DNA of 64,000 bases from Candidatus Omnitrophota bacterium (GTDB taxonomy: Bacteria > Omnitrophota > Gorgyraeia > Zapsychrales > Zapsychraceae), in the NCBI GenBank assembly GCA_015233405.1, contig JADFXT010000002.1, positions 68,451 to 132,450 of the forward strand. Direction: 5' to 3'. A program made the translations under genes and the position numbers. Under the pieces are notes generated by a model. That model saw nothing but the letters and a program-made list of their open reading frames with translations, searched no databases and was not told the origin of the DNA. Below are positions 53,665 through 62,660 of this stretch, one piece after another (position 1 is the stretch's first letter; each line of letters opens with the position of its first letter).

Positions 53665-56294
53665 CGTAAACTCTCCTTGATAATGGTTTTGGCTTGCTCA
53701 ATGGCCTTTGCGATCTTCGACGGTTGTTTGCTGCCGGCCTGCGCTAATTGCGGGCGTCCGCCACCGCTACCTTCTATCAATATTGCCAAGGGTTTAATGA
53801 GCTCATTGGCTTTGATCTCTTTTTTGACAAGATCGTCGGAGACTGTGACTAAAAGAGATGCAGCGTCTTCGTTTGTCGCCCCTAAGACGGCAATCGCTGA
53901 CGGTGCTTTTTGTTTGATGAGATCGGCCACTTTTCGTAATGTTTCCATGTCGACATTTGTAAAACAATGGGTAATGATTTTGACCCCTCCGACGCTATCT
54001 GCGTGCGCAATAATTGTGTCTACGGATGCTTTGATCACATCAAAACGGTATTTTTCCAGTTCTTTCTCGAGGTCCCGGGTTTTCTTGATCTGATGATCGA
54101 TGCGTTCGACGATCTCAGCCGAGGGGACTTTTAATAGGCGTGAGATTTCCAAAAGCTGTTTTTCCTGGCCTTTGACATATTCAAAGGCATTGATCCCTGT
54201 CTTGGCCTCGATTCTTCGAATTCCTTGCGCGATAGCGCTTTCCCCGACGATCTTAAAAAGGCCGATTTGGCCCGTTGAATCCAAATGCGTACCGCCGCAA
54301 AATTCTTTGGAATAATTGCTGACGGAAACCACGCGCACCACGTCCCCATATTTTTCTGCAAAGAACGCCAGGGCCCCGCTGTTTTTTGCTTCTTCAATCG
54401 ACAAGTAATCTTTGGTCACGGTATCGCAGTAGAGGACAAAATTGTTCACGCTCTCTTCAATTTTTGTGATCTCCTCGTCGGTTAAGGCCTTATGGTGCGT
54501 AAAGTCAAAGCGCAAGCGTTCTTCATCGACGAGAGAACCTTGTTGTTTGACATGACTTCCTAAAATTTCCCGCATCGCGGCTTGAAGTAAATGGGTCGCG
54601 GTGTGATTACGCATAATAGCCAGGCGGCGGTCCAGATCAATTTGAGCCTTGACCTGGTCGTTCATTTTTATGGCGCCTTCCTCGATAACGCCGATGTGAA
54701 CGATCACATCCGCCATTTTTTGGGTGTCTGTGATACGGATGGTCAAATTGTCCTTGGTCAATGTTCCCGTGTCTCCGACCTGCCCGCCGGATTCCGCGTA
54801 AAACGGTGTTTTATCCAAAATGATGCGAACTTGATCATCCTTTTGAGCTTCGGACGTTTTTCGGTCCTCGACAAAAATGGCTAAGACCGTACTCGTCGTA
54901 AAAATATGATTATGACCTAAGAAATCCGTCTTAGGGACATTTAAGTTCAATTCGGAGTTCGTAAAGACATCGCCGGTCATTTTGCTGGTGGCGCGGGATT
55001 GCTCTTGTTGCTTTTCCATGAGGGTTTTATAAACATCAAGCGCCTGTTTTAACATTTTTTCTTCTATAACAATGGATTTCAAACTGGATTCGATCGTCGA
55101 GAGCGTAAGTCCGTAGGTGTCTTTATAAATAAAAACAAGCTGGCCTAACTCTTGAGCTGTCTTAAGCGTCTTGGCTTTAGCAATGAGTTCCGGAATTCGT
55201 TCTTTACGGACCTTTAGATACGATTCTTCGATGTTTCGGATAATCTCTGCAATATCTTTAGCTTTGTTCAGCAATTCCGGATATGGGGTTTTCATCGCCT
55301 CGACGACCGCCGGGACGAATTTATAGACGGTGGCTTTTTGTTCACCATGCCTAAAAATAATATCGGCACTATCAATGATAAGTTTTTTCATGACATAGCC
55401 CCGGCCTTCGTTGGAAGGAACAACGCCGTCCGCAATGCCGAATGTCACGGCCCGGATATGGTCAGCCAAAACATAGCGTTCGTTTCTTTCTCCGGGAATA
55501 GGGGTTATCTTAATATTCTCGTCGATAACTTTAAGGATGGGCGCAAAGATGTCCGTCTCAAAATTGCTTTTCTTGGCTTGCATGACCGCGCTTAAGCGTT
55601 CCAATCCCATGCCGGTATCGATATTTTTATTCGGGAGCGGCTCTAAGATCCCGCCGTCTTTGCGGTTAAATTGCGTAAAGACCAGGTTCCAGATTTCCGC
55701 GAATCGTCCGCAGTTACAACTCGGGTCGCATGTTGCGCTTTTACAATTCGCATTGACGCCATAATCGAAAAAGATTTCCGAACATGGTCCGCACGGCCCG
55801 TTAGGTCCCTTTTCCTTGGCATCCGCCGGCCAGAAATTGCTGTGATCTCCGAGCTTGACCAGTTTATGTTTCGGGATTTTGATTTCTTCCAGCCAGATTT
55901 TTTCTGCTTCTGTATCCTCTTTATAGACTGAAACCCACAGTTTTTCCGTCGGAATTTGAAGCTCTTTGGTTAAGAATTCCCACGCCCAGCAAATCGCGTC
56001 TTTTTTGAAATAGTCGCCAAAAGAAAAATTCCCGAGCATCTCAAAGAACGTATGGTGAAAATTGGTCCGGCCGACTTCATCAAGGTCGTCGGTGCGCAAG
56101 CATTTTTGAGATGTGGATGCGCGGGAAAAGCCTTCCAAGTGGCCTAAAAATTGGCGTTTAAATTGTTGCATCCCAGCGGTCGTAAAAAGCACGGTTGGGT
56201 CGTCTTTAGGGACGAGTGAGTCGCTAGCGATGATCTTATGGCTTTTGGAAGCGAAAAAATTAAGGAATTTCTGTCGGATTTCGTTTGTGGTCAT
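53661..56294 (-). CDS. alaS: alanine--tRNA ligase
   Basis: FLNFF..K.H, FTTAGM and the HTATHLL editing-domain motif are present, with a C-terminal DHHA1 domain. 877 aa. Confidence 0.95.
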   Translation of the reverse strand: MTTNEIRQKFLNFFASKSHKIIASDSLVPKDDPTVLFTTAGMQQFKRQFLGHLEGFSRASTSQKCLRTDDLDEVGRTNFHHTFFEMLGNFSFGDYFKKDAICWAWEFLTKELQIPTEKLWVSVYKEDTEAEKIWLEEIKIPKHKLVKLGDHSNFWPADAKEKGPNGPCGPCSEIFFDYGVNANCKSATCDPSCNCGRFAEIWNLVFTQFNRKDGGILEPLPNKNIDTGMGLERLSAVMQAKKSNFETDIFAPILKVIDENIKITPIPGERNERYVLADHIRAVTFGIADGVVPSNEGRGYVMKKLIIDSADIIFRHGEQKATVYKFVPAVVEAMKTPYPELLNKAKDIAEIIRNIEESYLKVRKERIPELIAKAKTLKTAQELGQLVFIYKDTYGLTLSTIESSLKSIVIEEKMLKQALDVYKTLMEKQQEQSRATSKMTGDVFTNSELNLNVPKTDFLGHNHIFTTSTVLAIFVEDRKTSEAQKDDQVRIILDKTPFYAESGGQVGDTGTLTKDNLTIRITDTQKMADVIVHIGVIEEGAIKMNDQVKAQIDLDRRLAIMRNHTATHLLQAAMREILGSHVKQQGSLVDEERLRFDFTHHKALTDEEITKIEESVNNFVLYCDTVTKDYLSIEEAKNSGALAFFAEKYGDVVRVVSVSNYSKEFCGGTHLDSTGQIGLFKIVGESAIAQGIRRIEAKTGINAFEYVKGQEKQLLEISRLLKVPSAEIVERIDHQIKKTRDLEKELEKYRFDVIKASVDTIIAHADSVGGVKIITHCFTNVDMETLRKVADLIKQKAPSAIAVLGATNEDAASLLVTVSDDLVKKEIKANELIKPLAILIEGSGGGRPQLAQAGSKQPSKIAKAIEQAKTIIKESLR

Positions 56295-56758
56295 AATATT
56301 TTGATGGCTTTCTGGGTTGCGCTTATGCTAAATCCTCGTCGGAGAAGATAATTAAATATCCGTTGTTTTAATTTTTCTTTTTCAACTGTTTTAGAATGCG
56401 CGGTGCGTTTTAAGGCTAATTGAGCCGCCGCTTCGTTCTCATCAAAAGTCTCAAGGGCTTTCCCGAGTTCTTCTTTGAGAATCTCATCCGTGACGCCTTT
56501 TTGCTTTAATTCGTGTTCAATCCGTCGTTTTCCAAAAGGTTTATTGAGCCGTGAGCTGATCCATCCTTTGGTGAATAACCGGTCGTCAATAAACCCGGCA
56601 GTTTTTAAATATTGAACCGTTTGTTCTATAACGTCGGCGGAAAAATCCTTCTTCATGAGTTTGTCGCGGATTTCCTTCTCGCTGCGGTTGCGTATCTTTA
56701 ACAGGCGATACGCAGCCGCTTGAGATTCTTTAAACGTTTTATCTTTTGTGTCCGCCAC
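56291..56758 (-). CDS. recX: recombination regulator RecX
   Basis: 155 aa with the helical-repeat pattern LL..R.RSEKEIRDKL...F. It sits between recA and alaS, as in E. coli. Confidence 0.8.
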   Translation of the reverse strand: MADTKDKTFKESQAAAYRLLKIRNRSEKEIRDKLMKKDFSADVIEQTVQYLKTAGFIDDRLFTKGWISSRLNKPFGKRRIEHELKQKGVTDEILKEELGKALETFDENEAAAQLALKRTAHSKTVEKEKLKQRIFNYLLRRGFSISATQKAIKIL

Positions 56759-56764
56759 CGTTGG

Positions 56765-57808
56765 TTATGCGACTTCGGATTTTGCCCGAAGTTGTTTTTC
56801 TATTTTTTGCGCGATCTTAGGGTTCTCTTTAAGGAATTTGCAGGCATTGTCTTTTCCTTGCCCGATCTTTTCCCCTTCAAATGCAAGCCAAGCGCCGGAC
56901 TTCTCGACGACGTTTAACTTGATCCCTAAGTCAATTAAGTCGGCCGTATAGGAAATGCCTTCGCCGAAATGGATCTCAAATTCAGCTTCCCGAAACGGAG
57001 CCGCGACTTTATTTTTAACGATCTTAGCCCGGATACGGTTTCCAGTGATCTGGTCGCCTTGCTTGATGCTTTCAATTCTGCGTAAGTCAATCCGCACCGA
57101 CGCATAAAATTTTAGCGCATTACCGCCGGTCGTGGTTTCCGGATTGCCGAACATGATCCCGATTTTCATGCGGATTTGGTTAATGAAAATAACGCAGGTG
57201 TGCGATTTGCTGATAGCGGCTGTAAGTTTACGTAAGGCCTGCGACATAAGTCGCGCCTGAAGTCCCATATGCGAATCGCCCATGTCCCCTTCGATTTCTG
57301 CACGAGGAGTCAAGGCAGCGACGGAGTCGATGACGACCAGGTCTACGGCATTGGAGCGGACCAAAGTCTCTGCGATTTCTAACGCCTGCTCGCCGGTATC
57401 CGGCTGTGACATCAACAGATCTTCTAGTTTTACGCCGATTCTTTGAGCGTATGAGGAATCAAAGGCATGTTCTGCGTCGATAAAAGCCGCTGTCCCGCCC
57501 AGTTTCTGTATTTGATGGATGATGCTTAACGTAAGCGTTGTTTTTCCGGAAGATTCTGGCCCGAAAATTTCAATCACGCGGCCTCGAGGAATTCCTCCCA
57601 CACCTAAGGCTAAATCAATCGCCAAAGACCCTGTAGGGATAACATCGATATTGGCTTTAACGGTCCCGTCGAGTTTCATGATGGACCCTTTTCCAAATTG
57701 TTTTTCGATTTGGGTCAAGGCAAGTTCGAGGGCTTTTTTCTTATTTTCTTGGTCAACAGCGACTTTTTCAACGTTCTTTTCAGCGGGTTTCTTTGCGTCT
57801 GACGTCAT
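56765..57808 (-). CDS. recA: recombinase RecA
   Basis: [10 protein letters not shown] Walker A, and the L1 and L2 loops, are present. I moved the start to the ATG at 57808 (MTSDAKK), which has GAGGAG 6 nt upstream. The ORF-track start at 57856 has no RBS. Confidence 0.95.
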   Translation of the reverse strand: MTSDAKKPAEKNVEKVAVDQENKKKALELALTQIEKQFGKGSIMKLDGTVKANIDVIPTGSLAIDLALGVGGIPRGRVIEIFGPESSGKTTLTLSIIHQIQKLGGTAAFIDAEHAFDSSYAQRIGVKLEDLLMSQPDTGEQALEIAETLVRSNAVDLVVIDSVAALTPRAEIEGDMGDSHMGLQARLMSQALRKLTAAISKSHTCVIFINQIRMKIGIMFGNPETTTGGNALKFYASVRIDLRRIESIKQGDQITGNRIRAKIVKNKVAAPFREAEFEIHFGEGISYTADLIDLGIKLNVVEKSGAWLAFEGEKIGQGKDNACKFLKENPKIAQKIEKQLRAKSEVA

Positions 57809-57893
57809 GAGTTTCTCCTCTTTTTTTAGGTGAAATCGAGATGGTCTGTTTGCCATTGGGAGATTTCTTCAATTAATTTGATTCGAGGAGGAA

Positions 57894-57922
57894 ATTATAC
57901 ATGAGCCGATTTTGATTGTCAA
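57894..57922 (-). promoter_or_regulatory. consensus sigma70-type promoter upstream of recA
   Basis: The minus strand reads TTGACA-atcaaaatcggctcatg(17 nt)-TATAAT, which is perfect at both -35 and -10 with optimal spacing. It lies about 85 nt upstream of the recA ATG and is bracketed by a 9-bp inverted repeat (57895-57903 and 57923-57931). Confidence 0.55.
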
Positions 57923-57964
57923 CATGTATAAAAATCTATAAATATTAATTATATATATAATGGC

Positions 57965-58702
57965 TTATACGGAAAAATAGAGATTTGCGCAGGAAATTGA
58001 TGAAATTGCTGCGGTTTCGACCCTTAAGACCGTGTTTCCTAGAGTTACGGCCTTTGCGCCTTTTTCTTGCGCCAAGGCGTATTCTTCAGGCGTAAAATCG
58101 CCTTCCGGGCCAATAAGAAAGGATATTTTGAGGGAATGTTTGACTTCTTCCAAAGTTTTAAGCAGATTCTTTGGTTCGCCGCATAAGCTTGGGATTAGAA
58201 CGGTTGACGTTTTGGATAAAAGTTCCAGCGCCTCCCGGAATTTCATGGGTGGATGGATTTGGGGAACGGTCAGCCGGTGTGATTGTTTAGCAGCGCTCAC
58301 GGCGATGGTTTGGTAGCGTACAAGTTTTTTATCCAGTCGTTCGTCTTTTAGGTTGACTTCGGTCCGTTGGGTCATCAAAGGAATGATTTCATCAACGCCG
58401 AGTTCGGTGCATTTTTCAATAATGATCTCAAACTTGCTCTTTTTAGGAATGGCACAGGCTAAAATTAGATGCGGCATGTTTTTCTTTGTTTTGACTTTTA
58501 CGTCGAGAATATTGATAACAGCCTCATGAGATGAGACGCGCGTGATCACCCCTAACGCCTCCTCTGCGTTACCGTTAAAGATGGTAATCTGACTGTTCAC
58601 TTTCAGGCGCAAGACATTTTTTAAATGATGCAATTCTTCCGGATTATTGAGAACAATCTTTTTGTTTGAGAAATCAGCGTTGGGATAATAAAATCGGTGC
58701 AT
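57965..58702 (-). CDS. rsmE: 16S rRNA (uracil1498-N3)-methyltransferase
   Basis: MHRFY...HHLKNVLRLK gives the PUA-like N-terminus. The SPOUT C-terminus carries LIGPEGDFTPEE and LGNTVLRVETA. Confidence 0.85.
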   Translation of the reverse strand: MHRFYYPNADFSNKKIVLNNPEELHHLKNVLRLKVNSQITIFNGNAEEALGVITRVSSHEAVINILDVKVKTKKNMPHLILACAIPKKSKFEIIIEKCTELGVDEIIPLMTQRTEVNLKDERLDKKLVRYQTIAVSAAKQSHRLTVPQIHPPMKFREALELLSKTSTVLIPSLCGEPKNLLKTLEEVKHSLKISFLIGPEGDFTPEEYALAQEKGAKAVTLGNTVLRVETAAISSISCANLYFSV

Positions 58703-58751
58703 AATATTTTTTTATTTACTGTTTTGTTTGAAAAACTTTAATAAGTTTCCA

Positions 58752-59242
58752 TTATGGATTAAAACAGCTGCCGACTGCTGAAAAATTTCCAAATGTTGCA
58801 AAATTGCCAGAGCCGTAGGTCTTAGATTGTCCTGTTGAAGTGTCGTAATGGAATCTGATCTGCTCTCCGTTCATGTTGCTATGGTCTGATGGGCCTCCAT
58901 CCAGAGAATTTCTGTTAGCTAAGATTTGCACACATCCTGCTGGCATTGATCCGGTCTATTGATGCTGGTTAATATTGTGTAAAAAAAGTGAGCTCCACCG
59001 GCAGCGCCAGGGTCAGGGATATCCAGGTTAGTGAAATCATAGCAGTTCGTGTAGTCTCCATTATTCCATGAGGCGCAGCGATCCATGGCGCGGCGAACAG
59101 CGCTTAAAGCATTAAGAGCTTCGGAACTTCGCGAGAATTCAAGCGTTTGAAAATATCGCGGCAAAGCTATAGCGGCGAGGACACCAATGATGATAATGAC
59201 GATAATGATTTCTAATAATGTAAATCCGCTTTTTAGTTTCAT
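58752..59242 (-). pseudogene. type IV pilin-like gene interrupted by a frameshift (paralogue of 59372-59839)
   Basis: ORF 58919-59242 encodes the pilin N-terminus (KSG|FTLLEIIIVIIIIGVLAAIALPRY...). ORF 58752-58946, in another frame, encodes the C-terminus (ILANRNSLDGG...RFHYDTSTGQSKTYGSGNF), which aligns to IYATRNTLDGG...RLHYDISTGQTKTFGSGSF of the intact neighbour. The frame switch lies within roughly 58925-58955. Confidence 0.65.
59092..59182. repeat. 91-nt near-identical tract shared by the two tandem pilin genes (copy 1)
   Basis: By manual alignment, 90 of 91 nt are identical to 59686-59776, including a 72-nt perfect run. The flanking coding sequence of the same genes is clearly more diverged. 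Confidence 0.8.
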
Positions 59243-59371
59243 TCTAATATTAAGTATAACTTAAATTTAATTAGGCGGGCAATATTTTAAGAAATTATTT
59301 CTGAAATAGTCAGACGGACTTGCTTAAGCAAGTTAACAGGCATAAAACCTGCACTTAATTTTCGGTTTTCT

Positions 59372-59839
59372 TTAATCTCCCATACAGTAATGGGTGATAT
59401 AACGATATTGGCCCAATGGTTGAAAACTGCCAGAGCCGAAAGTTTTAGTTTGTCCTGTTGAAATATCATAGTGGAGTCTGACTTTGTCATTGGTGTTTCC
59501 TCCATCCAAAGTATTTCTGGTAGCATAGATCATTATACAATTTGGGTCAAAGGATGTGTGCATAGAAGCTCCGTAGCTAAAATGCGTTCCAGAGCTTGCG
59601 GAGATGTCAGAAATATCGAGTTGGGTGAGATCGAGGCAGTTTGTGTAGTCCCCATTATTCCATGTGGCACAACGGTCTATAGCACGGCGAACAGCGCTTA
59701 AAGAATTAAGAGCTTCGGAACTTCGCGAGAATTCAAGCGTTTGAAAATATCGCGGCAAAGCTATAGCGGCGAGGACGCCAATGACGATGATCACGATAAT
59801 AAGTTCTAATAGGGTAAATCCTTTTTGTTTCATCGTCAT
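59372..59839 (-). CDS. type IV pilin-like protein (prepilin N-terminal cleavage/methylation domain)
   Basis: MTMKQKG|FTLLELIIVIIVIGVLAAIALPRY carries the Glu at +5 and the hydrophobic alpha1-N helix. 155 aa. Confidence 0.8.
   Translation of the reverse strand: MTMKQKGFTLLELIIVIIVIGVLAAIALPRYFQTLEFSRSSEALNSLSAVRRAIDRCATWNNGDYTNCLDLTQLDISDISASSGTHFSYGASMHTSFDPNCIMIYATRNTLDGGNTNDKVRLHYDISTGQTKTFGSGSFQPLGQYRYITHYCMGD
59686..59776. repeat. 91-nt near-identical tract shared by the two tandem pilin genes (copy 2)
   Basis: See 59092-59182. The offset between copies is 594 nt. Confidence 0.8.
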
Positions 59840-59869
59840 TATTATATCAATTGAGAGAATTTTTTAGAA

Positions 59870-61915
59870 TTATTTTTTTAAAAGATTTTTGGCTTTTATT
59901 ATATTTGTTTTAATTTTTTGATTGGAAGGGTCAATCCTCAGCCCTTTTTCCCAAAGAGCGATGGCTTGGTCTAGAAGGCCGAGGTTTCCCGCTAAAGACC
60001 CAGCTTCAAAATATGTTTTGGCATTATTAGAGTCCAGCTTGAGAGATTTTTCAAAGAAATTAAGGGCTGTTTCATTTAGATTGCGCGAGGCATAAATGCT
60101 GCCTAGATCAGTCAAAGTGTTAGCATCTTGACAGATTGAAAGGACCCTTTTCGCGATGAGCGTTACCATCTTATATCTTTTATGGTTTAAATAAACGTCA
60201 GATAGAGAATATAACACGTTGTATCTATTAGGGTATTTTTGGATGATTTTATGATAGAGCATTAATCCTTTGTAGAAGTTTCCTTTTAGTGTATAGAGTT
60301 GTGCTAGGTTTTTATTCGCTTCAATTTGATTAGGATTAATTTTAATGGCATGGAGAAACATTTTTTTTGCTTCTGAGTAGTCCCCCTTCTCCCCGAGAAT
60401 AAATCCAAGATTATTATAGTAGGATTCATTTTGAGGGTCGATTTGGATCGCTTTACGGATTTCTTGTATGGCTAGATCGTACTGTTTTTCTTTGCCGTAC
60501 AAAATCCCTTTATTGTTGTAAGCCGTGTCGAGCTTAGGGTCTATTTGGATGGCTTTGTTGTAATCCGCTAGGGCTAAACTGTACTGATTTTCATGGTCCA
60601 TGTAATATGACCCGCGGCTGTTATATGCGTTAGCAAATGTGTCTTTATGGTGTTTTATTAAATCATTCCAGAGGGTGAGACTGTCTTTCCAAACCAAGCA
60701 TTGAGAATGTGTTTTGTAGGAAAAAAATGAGAACAAGATAATTAAGAACGCTAGAACTAGGTTTTTTATACTGACTTTTATTTTAGAAGTTGTTATGAGG
60801 TGATCGCCCAGAAATCCAAGAAAAATGCATATCCCAAGGCTTGGGAGGTACATAAACCGGTCGGCGACGATATTGAAGTCGGTGCCATAGTCAAATCTTA
60901 ATAGGAAAAAGATCGACAGGAAATAGAAAGCGAAAGCAAAAATGAGCGTACGGTTTTTAGGCTTAAAAATTAAATAGCCAATAAGGAAAATAAAGAATAT
61001 GACGGGAAGAAAAAAAGAATGATCAAGAATGGAAATGCGATTGGGCACGGCATAGATAGGCAAAAGGTCGAACGGTAAAAGAAACTGTTTTATATAAAAA
61101 ACGAACGATCGTATCCAAATAAGCAAGGCTTGTGAAATATTTTTGATTGGGACTCTTGCATGCAAGGTGTATGTTATCCAAGCAAGTGGGACAACATAGC
61201 TAAAGTGCGGAATTTTATCGAAGAGGGCTTCCTTGCTCCAGCTTCTTTTTTTAAACCAATCCAATAAAAAGAATATTAACGGAAGGCTTAGGGCCATGGG
61301 TTTGGATAGCATGCTCAACAGTCCGAAGACAATCGTCAAGGAATAGGTCTTGATTTTTTTGTTCTCGAGATATCTTAGATAGCTGCATAACGACAGCAGA
61401 TAAAATAAACTATATAAGACGTCCTTGCGTTCTGTTGCCCAAGCTACGGATTCGACATGCATAGGATGAATTGCAAATAATAATGTGGCAAGGGCTGCTG
61501 CAAATATTGGAAAGCCAAGGAGCATGACCAGCCAGAAAATAAGCCCTAAGTTTGCCAGGTGAAGTAAAAGGTTGTCCAAATGATAAATAAATGGGTTATA
61601 TTCGAAAAAGTGGTATTCAACGGCAAACGAAAGCGTTGTTAAAGGAGAATAAACTTGTAAGACGGTATTCGTAAAGATGTTTTTTATGTTATAACTAGCC
61701 AGTGATCGTACGGTTTCATTTTTTAAAATATAAGCCTCATCATCCCAATTGAGTAAGTTGGCTTTTAGAACAGGCTTAAAGGAAAGAACCGTGATGATAA
61801 TGATAAGAAAAAGCGCCAGAAAGACCGCCGTCTTCCTTGATTGAGGATTGGAGATGTTTTTCTTTAGGTAATAAAAAAGCAAAAGAATTAGAGGTGTTGT
61901 TAGAAGTAGGTTCAT
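59870..61915 (-). CDS. TMTC-like protein: GT-C-type membrane glycosyltransferase domain fused to C-terminal TPR repeats
   Basis: The N-terminal half has about 11 TM helices, with the first-loop motif LLNWDDEAYI, YSPLTTLSF and HVESVAWATERKDVLYSLFYLLSL (compare the eukaryotic TMTC/DUF1736 blocks). The C-terminal 260 aa or so contain several TPR units (AYNSRGSYY..., AYNNKGILY..., YYNNLGFIL...). Confidence 0.65.
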   Translation of the reverse strand: MNLLLTTPLILLLFYYLKKNISNPQSRKTAVFLALFLIIIITVLSFKPVLKANLLNWDDEAYILKNETVRSLASYNIKNIFTNTVLQVYSPLTTLSFAVEYHFFEYNPFIYHLDNLLLHLANLGLIFWLVMLLGFPIFAAALATLLFAIHPMHVESVAWATERKDVLYSLFYLLSLCSYLRYLENKKIKTYSLTIVFGLLSMLSKPMALSLPLIFFLLDWFKKRSWSKEALFDKIPHFSYVVPLAWITYTLHARVPIKNISQALLIWIRSFVFYIKQFLLPFDLLPIYAVPNRISILDHSFFLPVIFFIFLIGYLIFKPKNRTLIFAFAFYFLSIFFLLRFDYGTDFNIVADRFMYLPSLGICIFLGFLGDHLITTSKIKVSIKNLVLAFLIILFSFFSYKTHSQCLVWKDSLTLWNDLIKHHKDTFANAYNSRGSYYMDHENQYSLALADYNKAIQIDPKLDTAYNNKGILYGKEKQYDLAIQEIRKAIQIDPQNESYYNNLGFILGEKGDYSEAKKMFLHAIKINPNQIEANKNLAQLYTLKGNFYKGLMLYHKIIQKYPNRYNVLYSLSDVYLNHKRYKMVTLIAKRVLSICQDANTLTDLGSIYASRNLNETALNFFEKSLKLDSNNAKTYFEAGSLAGNLGLLDQAIALWEKGLRIDPSNQKIKTNIIKAKNLLKK

Positions 61916-62011
61916 TTCTTATTTTCTAAAATTTTTAACATCTATTTAAGCCTGTTGGTTGCTGATGGGTCATGGCTGTGAAAATAGTTTTTTTCATGGG
62001 CGAGTTAAAAA

Positions 62012-62644
62012 TTACCAGCTATGCCCAGGAGGGCTGATTCGGGTCGAGATTGTTGTTTCGGGATTGGTTATGGGATCAATATTAGTGTTAGGTTTATCTC
62101 GTAAGGTAAGTGATATTTCAACATAGCCATAGTGGGCTTCTGGGTCAACTTTTAGCCAAAATGTTACATCTTTGACTTTTTTGGAGAGAGTTTTAGCTTT
62201 ACTAGTAGAACACTGTCCTCCCGCACCAAGACTAGGACTTGCTCCTCCTTGATCTTCTGTCTGTTCGCAAATTCTCAGCGTGTGGGCATTAGGGTCGTTT
62301 ACATAAATAACCCAAGTATCATCATTAAAATCAGTGGGAGTGTTCTTTCTATCTTGGCGAAAAGAAACTGTGCCATGCAGGCTTTCAGGGAAAGGACTAT
62401 TGACATCTATAATTCCATAGTTTCCGGCATACCCAACAGCTTTGGATGCGTTTCTGGTTATATTGCTTATTATGGTTGCAGCTTGCAAAGATAATAAAGC
62501 GGATTTATTGGTCGAGCTTTGAATTTGCTGAATAGCATAATTAAAAGAGACAACGCCAACCATAACAATCCCGACGAGAATTGTGGAAACCATTAATTCT
62601 GTTAAGGTTAGCCCGGAGATGTTTTTCTTATTATGGCAACGCAT
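62012..62644 (-). CDS. minor pilin/pseudopilin (PilW/GspJ-like) with prepilin N-terminus
   Basis: ISG|LTLTELMVSTILVGIVMVG is the prepilin N-terminus. 210 aa. Confidence 0.7.
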   Translation of the reverse strand: MRCHNKKNISGLTLTELMVSTILVGIVMVGVVSFNYAIQQIQSSTNKSALLSLQAATIISNITRNASKAVGYAGNYGIIDVNSPFPESLHGTVSFRQDRKNTPTDFNDDTWVIYVNDPNAHTLRICEQTEDQGGASPSLGAGGQCSTSKAKTLSKKVKDVTFWLKVDPEAHYGYVEISLTLRDKPNTNIDPITNPETTISTRISPPGHSW

Positions 62645-62660
62645 ATTTTTTTATGCTCTT

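Noticed and set aside
59287-59526. 79-aa ORF overlapping the 3' end of the intact pilin gene
   Set aside because: It is an alternative frame of the pilin gene, and the pilin frame is supported by its paralogue.
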